A stretch of DNA of 55,944 nt, filler included, from Sphacelaria rigidula (Eukaryota), in assembly GCA_964200075.2 (NCBI GenBank). It is 6 parts of 6 records of this genome, joined end to end, with 100 filler letters (N's around TTAATTAATTAA, not from the genome) between each part and the next. Parts side by side here need not be neighbours in the genome. Positions count along the whole stretch, not along the records: positions 28,026 to 37,265 come from CAXNAA020008954.1; positions 37,366 to 46,605 come from CAXNAA020008955.1; 4 more parts are not named here. One strand, written 5' to 3'. Shown here piece by piece: positions 34,817 to 46,705 of the stretch. The notes beneath the pieces were generated by a model. It did no database searches. It was not told the DNA's origin and saw only the letters and a program-made list of their open reading frames with translations. Position 1 is the first letter of the stretch. Every line of letters begins with the position of its first letter. The position numbers and the translations under genes are program-made.

Positions 34817-35688
34817 TATACCCTAGACAATATAGTATGTTCCAATATGATACCAATACTTTGTATTGGAGCCAGCGCAAATATTGTCATTTCAATATAT
34901 ATTGTGTTGAGATGTCCTCGGAGATATTGAAGCAACAACATATATTGCTCGTGTCATGATCATGAAGTAATATATGTCAATATATTTTGTGTATGCCGGC
35001 CGTTTATGTATTGAAGTGTTAATATATATATATATATATATTGAGTCGAGGCGATGCGTAGCATATTGTTACTATAATATATATTGAACGCAAACCATCC
35101 AGAAGTATTGTTTTTCCAATATATATTGCGCACACCGATCGGATAGCTATTGTGCAGCCAATATATATTGAACACGCTTGCGGAGGAATACATTGAGCAT
35201 TTTGGGCATGTAAAATACGTCTTTGAATGGCGCCCGCGAACAAAGAACTGCCCACAATACTAAGTCCAATACACTTTCCAATCTATATGTTGAAAATCAA
35301 TATATTTTGCTATATCAACATGTATTGTGACTGTCGGTTCCCTCGTGTATTGTCCACCCAATATATATTGGCGCTTCGGGTGTCGAGTATATTGAATCGT
35401 CAATATATATTGACCTCGGGTGGCAGCAAATATATTACTCGATAAATATATATATTGGTGCCTTCTCGCACTAACATATTACTCGGCCAATATATCTTGA
35501 GGTGGGGCGTGTCGTGATATATTGTTCGGTCGATATATATTGCATGTCGAGCCTTGATATATTGATGGCACAATATATTTTGACCCTCTCTCGTGTCATC
35601 ATATTGCTCGCCCAAAATATATTGACCACCCGACGCCTCGATATATTGAGCGGACAATATATATTACATATTGTATTGTCCAGGTGTG
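34817..35688. mobile_element. Foldback-like element with arrayed CAATATATATTG-type palindromes
   Basis: Degenerate left TIR TATACCCTAGACAAT, right TIR ATTGTCCAGGTGTG; many palindromic AT motifs separated by short, more GC-rich spacers. Confidence 0.65.
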
Positions 35689-36412
35689 GTATATATATAG
35701 AATATTCCGAACTCACGGGCGTGAAGCATACTTTGTAACGAGGCGACCACGAGATTCAATGCTGATTTTAGTGGGTAAGTTCCTCCGAACCCGCCCCGGG
35801 ATATGACTGTTCGGGCCAATGCAAATGTTAGGGGTCACGTTGGGGGATTCGCACTTTACTTTGTGCGGGTACACATGCGTTCGCGATCGTTCGAACGGAC
35901 GCGCGATCGCGGTGGTCCTGCAATGTTTCCGGCGGGTATGAACATTATTTCGAGAGAGGATATATTCTCACGAGGGCTTTCACGAGGGCTTGGCAAGGCA
36001 AGAATACCGGGACCCTCGAAAAAGACGGACGGGACCGGGGCGCAACCCCGGGTCCCGTGCGGCTTGTATATGTATATAATATAAATTGCATCTTCATGTC
36101 CATGAGACTCTGCTAATAAGATGACCTTGCAAAAAAAACTACCGCTGTAGCTTATCCAAAATTCCCTCGTCCCTTCGCTGACATCAGCTCGAAGAGGATC
36201 GCGACGAATCTTGTGGGGATGTATTTCGACGCTCACCATCAGCGCTACCATGTCGAGATTAACCATACCATTTGCCTGGGGACTCTGGATGGTCGCTAGC
36301 TTGGAAGGCACCCCAATGACCGCTACCGCAAATCGTCATTTGTTGTTGCCGTCCGTAGGCCAAATTCCGCTTGATACTTGCGTTCACTGTAGAGCCGGAG
36401 TGTGTTACGATA

Positions 36413-36925
36413 GGGGGGGGTGTACTCATGGTCATGCATGCCGTAGTCATCAGACCCTTGACCTCGCATCCCTTCAAAGCCGGAACGGAGCACGCCGGGG
36501 TTTCGCCGGACCACGCTCGCACTCAGTCACCAAGCGCGAAGCGTCGTGGTGTGTTCGGCGAGCCGCATGAAGGGTGAGCTGCATCCTGCTAAGATTGTTC
36601 GGCCTGAGGCCTACGGATTATCTTGCATTTGGCTGACAGCCGACAATGAGTTGCTTTATTTCCTGGTATCAACACTTCCAGAGACAGCCACAGCTAATAC
36701 ACTGCCTCATGGGCGTCTCGCCATTGAAACAGCACGTAGTACGACCATCTCCTTCGCGCGAAGTTGAGGTTCCCCTACCCCACAGAGTTTGATCAAGCTC
36801 GACCACCATTATGGCTACCGCAAAAAACATGCAAGGGCTCAAAACAAATCGGTAACCTTGTTGCCTTGCTTACCCAGTGAGTAGCGTGTTTTACAGCGTC
36901 ATCGCCAACCGACGCCAACCCCATC
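36413..36925 (-). mobile_element. Family A retroposon, apparently full length (about 510 bp)
   Basis: The minus strand runs from GGGGTTGGCGTCGGTTGGCGATGACGCTGTAAAAC to CATGAGTACA-C8; no long ORF. Confidence 0.85.
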
Positions 36926-37128
36926 GGGGGTCCGCCCCTACAAAGCCGGGACGGAGCACGCCGGTCGCCGGACCAGGGAGTCGGAGGGGGGTAAATTCCA
37001 CGAAAAACAGGGGTTCATGGGTGTGCCAGACGACCTACACACTCGCGATACGCATGAATATCGGTGAAAACGATGTCACGTAGTATGAAAGAGTAAGTCT
37101 TGCTGGTAACAAGTGCCTTTGAACAAAC

Positions 37129-37222
37129 GGTGCTCCATCCCGACTTTGTTGGGATCCGAGGTCAACGGTCACATGACTATGGCATGCAAGATCATGAGCC
37201 CCCCCCCCCCCCCCCACCCCCC
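37129..37222 (+). mobile_element. Family A 3' end with a long poly(C) tail
   Basis: GTGCTCCATCCCG..GCATGCAAGATCATGAG followed by a C-tract. Confidence 0.75.
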
Positions 37223-37265
37223 CCGGCGCGGGGTGTCATCGGAGCGCCGGCAGCCACAGCGGGGG

Positions 37266-37365
37266 NNNNNNNNNNNNNNNNNNNNNNNNNNNNNNNNNNN
37301 NNNNNNNNNTTAATTAATTAANNNNNNNNNNNNNNNNNNNNNNNNNNNNNNNNNNNNNNNNNNNN
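37266..37365. other. Artificial contig spacer
   Basis: N44-TTAATTAATTAA-N44. Confidence 0.97.
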
Positions 37366-37401
37366 GTGGCGAGGTTTGGTGGGTTGTGGGGGGTTGGGTG
37401 T

Positions 37402-37439
<38 letters not shown>

Positions 37440-37763
37440 GGCTGGTACCGCAACTGAGGGATATGCCGGCCCCAAGGGGTACACTTTTCAGTCCAATATA
37501 GATCATCTTGAGAGCGAGAGGATGGTGCACTCGGATCGTACTGCGTATTTACAAGTTCAGGGGAAAATGAAGAAAACAAAGAAAAAACAGTTGTATGTGT
37601 TCTCATTCCCCCCCCAAACACCTTGCACTGCTGTCCCCTACCGCCCGTTCTTCCCACGAAGGCCATAATGCTCACAGAGCTATGGTGGGGTATTTCTTGG
37701 TCCTGTGGGAACAGGAACGCGGACGGTGGATTTGCACTCTGCCTCTCTTCTCATCTCCGACAG

Positions 37764-40700
37764 CTGACTTGGGCTGTGGTCGGCTCTATCTTCGGCATCA
37801 ATTCCGTCAACCTCTTCACGCAGGTGACGGTCTCCATCGCCATGATGTTCTGAGGAGTAGCTCCAGGAATCTATCGCCCGTAGAGGGGTAATTCAAAACG
37901 ACACACCAAGTACTCTTCCTGGGACTCATGATCGCCTGCCTTGATCGAGGCCTGTATCTGTGGGATGTGAACATCAGCTTCTCTCTCGCCGAGTTGTGAT
38001 GTCAGGGACGCCGCCTCGACCATTTGGCACACATAGTAGGGGATGTTCTGGCAGCAACGACGGAGAACCTCCTAAGACGAAAATGTTTGTTCGACGGAAA
38101 ACTCCGCCTGAAAGCTCTGAGCGCACACTTCGCAAGCGTGCCATGTGTTTTTTTGTGTGTGTTATTTCTGCTTGTATCTCAAGCGGCCTGGATTCCAAAG
38201 CAGCCGGACGGAGCAGCGTGATGATTGTTTGGTCTTGGACGCACAATGCCTGCGCTAGATCGACGCCCGCCGGCTACGATGCTCATGAATCTCCTTGTGC
38301 TGCTTCCCAGCAGACCGTCGTTGTCGGCTAGTTGAATCGGTGCGACGTGCGACGTGTCGCCGATTTTCCTGCAATAGGAACCCCTCCCGTTTAACAGCCG
38401 CTCCTCTCACGCTGTGACCGTTCCCTTACCGTCCACACCGCCGCGGAGTGTAGGTTCACACGCTAACGCCGCTGAGGAAGCGGCTGGGGTACGTTTTGTT
38501 CTGGGTGCTCGTATTGGCGTCGAAGGTGAGCTGGCAATACATCGTGTTCGTAGGCACACGTCCAAAAATGTAACCGCTATCTATATTCCCGTCGCAAGTC
38601 TATGCTCGAATAGAACATGATGTCGACTCAATCCAAGTGTCGATAGGCACGTGTTGCAATATACACGGGCACCGACTTTGCAATGTTGTCAACAGGATGA
38701 CGAGTCAAATCCACGTGTCGACCTTCAGCAAGAACGTTGGTCTTCTCTTCTTCTCCTCCGCACGGTTGATAGGGCCGTTTTTTTCCACGGAGGAGGAGGA
38801 TCGGATAATCGCACAACCATCCTCGGGCGGGAGGGGGGGAGGGGGTTACAAGAACCATTCTCCGATCCAATGTTATTGGTGATGTGTGGGGCTGCGCCAA
38901 AATTGTCCCCATGTATCGCTATTCCTGAAGCAAAATTCTAATGAATCGAAAACAGATCTCGTTCAGCTATATCGCCGTGGTCAAGAAGCTCACCCTGGCG
39001 ACCTATGTTCTCTACAACTCGGATGGCACCGAATACGACTTCGGGATTTTCTCATTTGAGGACGCTAACAACATCGTGTACATCGCCGCCCTCTGGATCG
39101 GCAGCGGCCTCATATATTTCCTCGACATGCAGATTTGGTGGGTCGCTAGGGAGGGGAGGATGGGGGCCTATGGACGTCATTCGTTTGTTTTTTAACTGGT
39201 ATAGAGGAAGGAACGATAGAAGGCGTGCGTCCTGTGTCTTGCGCCGTTTCGCGCAATTTGTACAGGCGGCCTTGGTCCAATGTATTGGACTCGAGGTCAG
39301 GGACCGTTGTGGATGTAGTTGGCGAAATAATGACCGCGTTGCGCGCCATCCTGCAACCTGACGCGCTTCACAGGCTTACGCTGAATGTTCGACTCGTTCT
39401 AATACCGACATACTCTTGGCGCTCGAAACATTTTTTTTTTCAGGTTTGTCATCTGGGCCAACATTGCCGCCGCGGTAGAGGGGATTCGACGCCGGGTGGG
39501 AGAACTTAACGACTCGGATAAAGTTCGCCGTGCCTTCACGAAGATGCACCTAATGTTTTTCAGGTAGGTGATGTGCTTCCCAGGAAGCGTACACCGTCAC
39601 TGTGGAAACGAAGTATTCTCAAGCATCTGTGACATAACCACACTAACCACGAATACTAAATGTTTTATAGCTTCGCTGAGACACGTATCATTGCATTTAA
39701 GGGATTTTAGCAATATCCGTTTCGACTTATGACAGTGCTGATGATACCCGCAAGTCGGTATCTGCAGTATGCAGGAGCGCTAACTATGTTCACTACAGCG
39801 CCGACATAACCCATTGCCCCGCCCGCCCGCCCGCCCACCCCGCGACGCTTGTATATTTGTGGAACTTCGCCACTGCAGGTACGTGAAGTATGACATGCTG
39901 GAGTCTACGCAGCACACCCGGTTCGCGCACATCTGGAACGAAGTCGTGGACGCCATGCGCGAGGAAGATATCATCTCCAATTCGGAGAGGGACCAGGTGC
40001 GGTCTTCGTTGCCGTTTTTCATGCTTGAGCGGAGCACTCTTTGCTTTCACCCAAGATTGGTTAGCGCGGGCGCTGTGTCGGTGCTCTAGTTGTAGAGACT
40101 GCGTCCGTGGATATCGTTTGGATCATACACGGGTTGATGGTCCCAAAGATAGTGAGTTCAGACTTGAGGACCAAACAGCTAGAAAGCCGCTGGTCGTGTG
40201 AAATGACCACCGTCTATGTTGTCCAGGAGATCGGAATTACGGAACCCTAGGAACGTCACGAACGTGCTCTCCACTGTGCTCGTGTTTTCGCTGTTGCATG
40301 CGGAGTCAGTCTCGAGTATGTCACTGCTGATTGCTACAGTATGGGAGACCGGCTTCACTTATAACCCCCTCCCCCCGCTTCCATCAATCTCAATATTTTC
40401 CTTAACGCTCAACCCTATGGTCGTTTAATTCCTGCGTGGGTTGTCGCGCTCCCCTAGATATGTTGCGGCCTTGTTCCCCCCCGTCCGTCAGTGTGCTCCG
40501 TCTCGAAAGGGATGCGTGGTCAATGGTCAAATGACTAAGGCAAGCAACAAATGAGTACGCCCCCCCGTCCGTCAAGCGTGAGGTGACGACCAGTAACGCC
40601 CCCCGCGCCACGCCGTTCGCACCATATGTCGTCTTGGCAGCTTCGCTATTTCTTGATCAGTCTGCGGATGCCCGATTTATCGGTTGGCGGAGACGTGACG

Positions 40701-43700
40701 TTCAACCCGAAAGCCGAGGTACGTCTTTGTACTTTCTCCTGGGGCGACCCCTGCGTCTGCGCTACGCTACACTGTATTTTTAGTGTGGCCACGTCGCGGT
40801 ATCATTTGCTCTGCTTCGTTTGGTTGCGTTCGGGTTTTCTTGCGGCCTCTATTCTATATATAGTGCTTGCGTTTGTGCTCGAGGCAGGTTGTTGTTGGTG
40901 AGAAAAAGCTCATGCTTTGTGAATGCTCCGTGTCCCGGCTGTCAATCGATATAGTCAAAATAACTCTTGCCCACTTGCGTTGAATTCACACAGGACGTTG
41001 TCTGTTGCATTTGGCACCACGATATGTTCGTTTTTGATTGCATTCTTCACGCCGTCGCTTACGCTTAGGCACGCGAATGGGGGCCCCTGTTCACGCTCCT
41101 ACCCGAGTTTCTGATGTCGGGTGCGGTCCAGAGGGCCGTTCAGAGTGCCCAGGATTTCGGGTGAGCCCCAAACAACTCTCATTTTGGACTACTGCAGAGC
41201 ACAGAGACTCTTTCAACTCTGACCCTCTTTTCCTCTTCGACTTCATATCTACACACTTGGGGTAATTTTTAGCACCCACAACCGATTGTACGAGTTAGCA
41301 CATCAGTTGTCTATCTTCTCTTTCCTTTGCATGGCATTGGGAATCAGGCGCCTTCCCTCCCTCATTTGCGCGTCTCGCATGCTATCAGGGGTGTCCACGC
41401 CCCAGGTACTTCGCTCACCTATACGAGAGGCTCGAGATGAATGCCCTGGGGCCATCGTATGAGGTTTGTGTAGAAAAACAAGCTTCTGAGGCGTTATGCA
41501 CGTGCTTTGCGGAGATTTTTCGATGTCTCGGAGGTAAATTCAGTTCTCCAACAGGCACGGAAGGACTGTCACTGCTAAAGCTGTCCTTTGGCATTGGTGT
41601 AGCCGAACCACCTCCAAAATATTTTTTTTCAGGGGTTTGTACCGTCTGGTGCATGATGGATGATGCGGTGGATCATCGTAGCGACTTGATATCGCGTGCG
41701 TTGAGTTGCCACACGTCAATAATTGTAGTTGGTGGTTTTATTTGTGCGTGCCGATAGTACTCCTTCTTGACGGAGAGGTTGTCAAGCTGAGCCTGATACC
41801 CGTGGGTGAATTGCTCAGATCTCTCGTTCATATCTAGTCGTTGCATGTAGCAAGCAAAACCTTCCTTCTTCGGCAAGTCCAACCACGGCTACGGAATGCC
41901 TGGTCAAGTTGTCAAATAGCGATTTTTCCGCTGCAACCTGCATCGACAAGGACGGGTACTCCTGGTAACTTCTGTATTTTCGTGAACTTCAAGGTCAGAC
42001 TTCTCGAGACGCAGGAGCAGGACGGTTCGTAACCGTTTGGGGTGAAGAACAAAGTAGTGCTCGACTTCGAGTTTCTCGGCAATTACCAACCAACTCGATT
42101 TTGCGTTGTTTTCAGGGAGACAATCAAAGGGCTTGTGGAGGAGATCAAGACCGAGGAGCAGTTGGCCGAACCGGGGCAGCCGGAAAGGAACGGTGTAACG
42201 CAAGAAATGCGCAGAGACAGAGCCAACAGCCTTAAGAGAGACCTTGCATTGAAGCAGGCCAAGTTCTTGCAGAACTCTGGCGACGTGGAGGTATGAATGG
42301 TGGTCGATACTTTCATCAGACGGGAATGGTGCCGAGCCAATTTCTCCGTGCTCCGTGCGCGTGGTTACAACTTCTACGAAGGTCAATATACTAATGCCGA
42401 GATAGCCCCCCCTACAAAAAGTGCACCGGCTACCGTCCGACAAACCGGCTGCAATCCCACGATTGGGCTCGTTTGCGGCAATTTTGCCCACATGAGAGGC
42501 GTGTAGCAATCTGGAATAAGCTAAAACGCCCAAATGAGTCGCGTCATGCAGCACGAAACCAGCTCTAACGGCATTTATGATCATCGCCCCCGTGCACTTT
42601 TTTGGCCGGTTCTGGGGGGGGCTGTCTCGGCAGCAGTCAACATTCGATTCGGCCTGCTGTTTAATTTTGCTTGGAGGCCTCTATTATCCAGGTAGTTGTC
42701 GGGCCAGATTCGGGTACTGTACCTTGCTTGTGCCCTAACTTCGGTGGTACTCAAAGGGCGCCCGAATATGTCTGCATGGAAGGAAAAATAGCTTGCATCT
42801 TTCCGCGATGACATGTGGAGCGAACAAAAATCAGGGGCATAATGAACACAGGGCGGGATCTGGTGGGAAGCATGCCCCACCAGCTGATTACCAACGGTGG
42901 GAAACAGAGACAGGCCCCGTTGACCGTCCTTGGATTCCTGTTGTGCTTTCCTCAGGTTGGCATCTCCGGCATCTCGACTATGGCTTCACGCGGTGTGACC
43001 GACAGTGCATCTCATGCAATTTTGTCATCGTTTTTGTTTGTCTTGGTGAAACGTGTTCCCCCCTCCTCCCCCCCAACTGCGTACGCCCCCCGTCAGCGTA
43101 GTATCACACAAAGCAACTACCTATCGTCAGCAAATTCCAAGCAATCTTGGCAAAAGGGGGCGCTGCGTCCCCATTCTAATATGGTGAGGTTCGGCCGGGC
43201 TATTGCCTTGCACGTGTTTGATTTTCGCAAGGTGCGTGCAGTTTTCAGTAAATCATCAATCGTCGATCTGAACAGACGCCGCATGTACTACATTCTTCGC
43301 TGCACGTTGCAGACCTTCCGAAGTGTTGGGTCTCTTGGCAATACATGCACATATTGTTACTTGAACAATAGTGTTCTTGGTTCGTTGGGCACAGGCGACC
43401 AGTGAGATGGTGAGGCAGCTGTCGGCAACTATCCTGAGCATCATCAACGCCCTTTGCCGGAGCGATGAGCTTTCCCACTCTATGTGGAGCCTGCACCGCG
43501 CGCTCTTCGCGCGCGATGCCAATCGCCCGGGGCAGGGTCTCAAAAAGTGAGTGATATATCGTGATCTATCGTGAAGTGAGTGATATATCGTGAAGTGAGT
43601 GATCTATTGTGAGGCTCCATGCATCGTTAATCCTTCGACACCTAGCCTCGTCACGGACAACTTGTTCCATAGACAGTCCGGTGGGTGACGATAGGGACGA

Positions 43701-45738
43701 GCATACTTTTTTCAGGACGCAGAGCGCGTGCAAGAGCCCGTGGGACAGCCCAGGGAACGAGGTTTATCATATGACTTATCCACTCTACGAAGATTCTACC
43801 GTGCAAGTTGCCAATCCTCACCTATCTTACCCATATTGCAGCGAGGCCGTATGCTCCTATTTTCATGACCAGTTGGCAAATTCAAGCACACGAAATACGG
43901 ACTACTGTTGCGCAATCTCCACCGTGTCTCCCTGTCTCGCTGCAAAGAAACTGCATATGGTGAAGCACTGATTGTAACGAAGCAAAATATACTCAATCAT
44001 ACTTCGCAGTCGATTTCATTTTTCGAACCCGCATTAGCTAGTGAGAGCAAAACAATTACGATGTATTCGTCGATCATGTTCCCCGGTGTACTTTGCAGGG
44101 AGAAGGTGGCCGGGTTATTCGCGAAGAAGAAAGACAGGACGGCGATGAAAGTGTTGAGAAGCTTCAGCAAAGAGGGACTCCTCTTCAACGTACAAGAGTG
44201 AGCAACGGCAGCAATTTGTTTTGTCATTTGCCTTGGAAGAACCCATGTGGTTTATTGGCCATCCCAGGAGGAACAGCTGGGTTTTTGTGCGCCATACTGC
44301 CCACGAGAAGTGAATCCGCTCTGTTCCCCTCGAGCTCTCATGCTGATCGGCTCCTAACCCATGGTATGACCCAAAATGCCCGTGATATGACTTGTCCAAG
44401 CTGAAGTGTGACTACAGGCTGGTTCACGCTTGTCACCCCAAGCGTATCCATTCGCCAACCTCACGCTGGCTCTTGGAGCAAAACTGAATAATTGCACAAA
44501 TGTACTTTTGGTCACTGCAACACTTGATGAAGGCGTTTTTTTTTGCCGGTAATCAGGGGTCCCAGGGTTTCGGGGGATTTTGGGAGGATCACATGCCGTT
44601 TTGGGACCCCTGATAACCGGCGGGAGAAAACCATCCCCGAAAGGTTTTGTAATGACTCATAGTACGCGTGTGCATTTTTTCAGAGTCTAACTTCAACACT
44701 GGCGTGAGGTTTCGCGGATGATTGTGCTCAAGTGTATCGTGTGCCTGGTAGAACTCGTGGACTTTAGTTTAGAAACGCGTTTCTCGGGTACTTTTGACGA
44801 AAATAACCTCCTTGCATCAGATTTTTCAATTTTAGAACGAAGCTTCGTACAAATATTCCTTGGATATACCCTGGGACGGGCTCATTTTATTTTTCTGCTT
44901 TGAGCATTCTTTACCGACTTCCGCGGGTCTCGGCTGACCTGGTTTTTCCCGCTAGAACCTGGAACTGGCCGTCATCCTACGCTTTGAAGCATGTGGAGAT
45001 TGGGTAAAACTTCGTTGGAAATTTGTGTCTGTAATTTCAGAAGAATTCAAAGGCCGCTGATTGGTCTAGGTACCTTTTCGCCCTTAGCGCCACGCTTTTA
45101 CCCGAACAAAAAAAAATCGGCTATATCACCCTCGTCAGTTAGTTGTCCATGGCGTTCAGTATGATACCATGTATGCGAATATTAGGTAGGTACTGCGGAA
45201 GGGATTTGCTGATTAATGAAGTTTGGGTGATGAGCGTGAATCAATCTGTAGGGGCATTTTGCTTCCTATGATACGCCCCCGCTGTCAGGTATTGGGTTCA
45301 TGTGTGTAATTTCGGCAAACTCTCTTCTGAGCGAAAGCCATTTCGCCACAAGTTAACCTCGGAACTCTGGCGAGAATATTACAGGAGTTGTCGGGAATAT
45401 CTGCTGTACAACACGCGCGGTGGAAATTGGTTTGTACCATGTACCAGCGCGTGTTGACCCACCCTAGACTCCGGAGGAGCAGCTTCCAGTCCCAACAGAG
45501 GGAAACATTCCTCACAGCCCATGACCGTGACTCCGGTGCACGTGCCGTCTTCCCCACTATACGGTCGCGTAGGTTCCCCGGGCTGATCACTGCGATGAGC
45601 GGCCTGGTGAAGGCACTAAACGCGGACGATCTCCGGGAAGTCGGCGAGTATAAGGCCTTGGAGAGACTCAGCACGGTCGCTGCAACAGACGAGTGGAGTC
45701 TGAGGGTCGCGAAGGAGCTCGAGCCCGTTGTTGCGGCG
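37764..45738 (+). CDS. 1,3-beta-glucan synthase (callose synthase/FKS1-like, GT48), internal part of the gene
   Basis: Eleven phase-compatible exons: 37764-37823, 38454-38525 (GYVLFWVLVLASK), 38956-39137 (ISFSY..NNIVYIAALW..IYFLDMQIW), 39444-39563 (..RRVGEL..F), 39879-39996 (RFAHIWNEVVDAMREEDIISNSE), 40641-40718, 41069-41160 (LLPEFLMSG), 42116-42290, 43395-43546, 44099-44197, 45573-45738. The motifs YxxFW..K, DxQIW and FAxxWNE..REEDxIS are characteristic of the family. Confidence 0.9.
40491..40566 (+). mobile_element. Family B retroposon 3' end with a perfect 15-bp TSD
   Basis: CCCCCCCGTCCGTCA at 40476-40490 and 40560-40574. Confidence 0.85.
44446..44720. mobile_element. Hairpin-type MITE in a glucan synthase intron
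   Basis: AACCTCACGC..TGCACA..GCCGGTAATCAGGGGTCCCA versus TGGGACCCCTGATAACCGGC..TGTGCA..GCGTGAGGTT. Confidence 0.6.
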
Positions 45739-46605
45739 GTGAGGAAAAGGAGATCTTGATGACTCTACTGGGAGGCAGTCAGGGGCTACGCCACTGGAAT
45801 AGAAGTCGTCTTACACTTTCGAAATTTATTTTATTGTACAGTGTGACAGCCTATGCTTGTTTGTTACACTCGTAGCACGTATGGAACTATACTGTGTATT
45901 TGCGCAGCTCATGCTTGATGTTTGTTTTGTTTGTGCTGCTGTTGGTCGATTGTTTGCATATTGCGTGGCTAATACTTTCGTGATGCCTCACAATTAGTCA
46001 CCTTACTTATGCCTGAGTTCGTCTGTGATTATTTCAGCTACAGCTCTAGGTACAACGAACAACCTCCCTAAAAATAGTCACATGACTAGTCGAGACGGTG
46101 GAATACCTAGGATCACTGTAAACCTTTAAGGTATACCTGAAATTGTCCACTTTTGCCTGCGGCCTTTGCTTGCACCTCGATGAAAACCTGAAAATGTCAA
46201 GCAAGGCACTTGAAATGAAGCAGCGATATCTATGGGATTTCGCAGGACGACGGGAGAAAGAAACAGGGCGGGGCGCACATAGTCCATCACCGCAAGTACA
46301 GAGAACCACTTTTGCATCGACCCTTTTACTCCCACTCCGCGGAATCAAATGGTCGCATGTCTTGCCTCCTCCTTTCCATCTTGACCTCAGACGGTATCTA
46401 CCCGTTGAGAACAGGCGGCACTTGCGAAACCCTTTTGTTTGTGCTGCGCAAAGCGTGCACTTTTCACTTTCCTAGCAAAACGCCGGATCAAGAACGCACC
46501 AGCAACTACTGTAAGTACACACAAACGCTAAATAGTTTGTCCACCCGTTCCCACACCCTCGCATCCCCAACTCTCACGAGCCAAACGCCAAAAACGCGCA
46601 CATCC

Positions 46606-46705
46606 NNNNNNNNNNNNNNNNNNNNNNNNNNNNNNNNNNNNNNNNNNNNTTAATTAATTAANNNNNNNNNNNNNNNNNNNNNNNNNNNNNNNNNNNNNNN
46701 NNNNN
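46606..46705. other. Artificial contig spacer
   Basis: N44-TTAATTAATTAA-N44. Confidence 0.97.

Larger units (their letters stand above)
33800..36330 (-). pseudogene. Decayed hAT-type transposase split by insertions
   Basis: Minus-strand blocks in the expected order: YIPTRFVAILFEL (about 36230, cf. TRFA motif); FRSNARELLQLPLKLFPICTGSGIHHLWISLKAYT (about 34590-34485, cf. hAT dimerisation motif PELQxLAxKLL..SSGCERNWS); LSDLFSLYGILR (about 34110, cf. LxDLVxVxYNLR). Matched by eye only. Confidence 0.45.

Noticed and set aside
34124-35688. Palindromic repeats with variable spacers suggesting a CRISPR-like array
   Set aside because: The repeats are only about 12 bp, AT-rich and irregularly spaced, bounded by TIRs, in eukaryotic DNA with no cas genes.
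36470-36500. GCCGGAACGGAGCAC resembles SRP RNA helix 8
   Set aside because: It lies on the strand opposite the inferred transcript and the Alu-like head, and lacks the CAGG/GNRA geometry; probably chance.
41389-41463. Possible extra glucan synthase exon (GCPRPRYFAHLYERLEMNALGPSYE)
   Set aside because: It is phase 0-0, whereas the flanking exons 41069-41160 and 42116-42290 join in phase 2.
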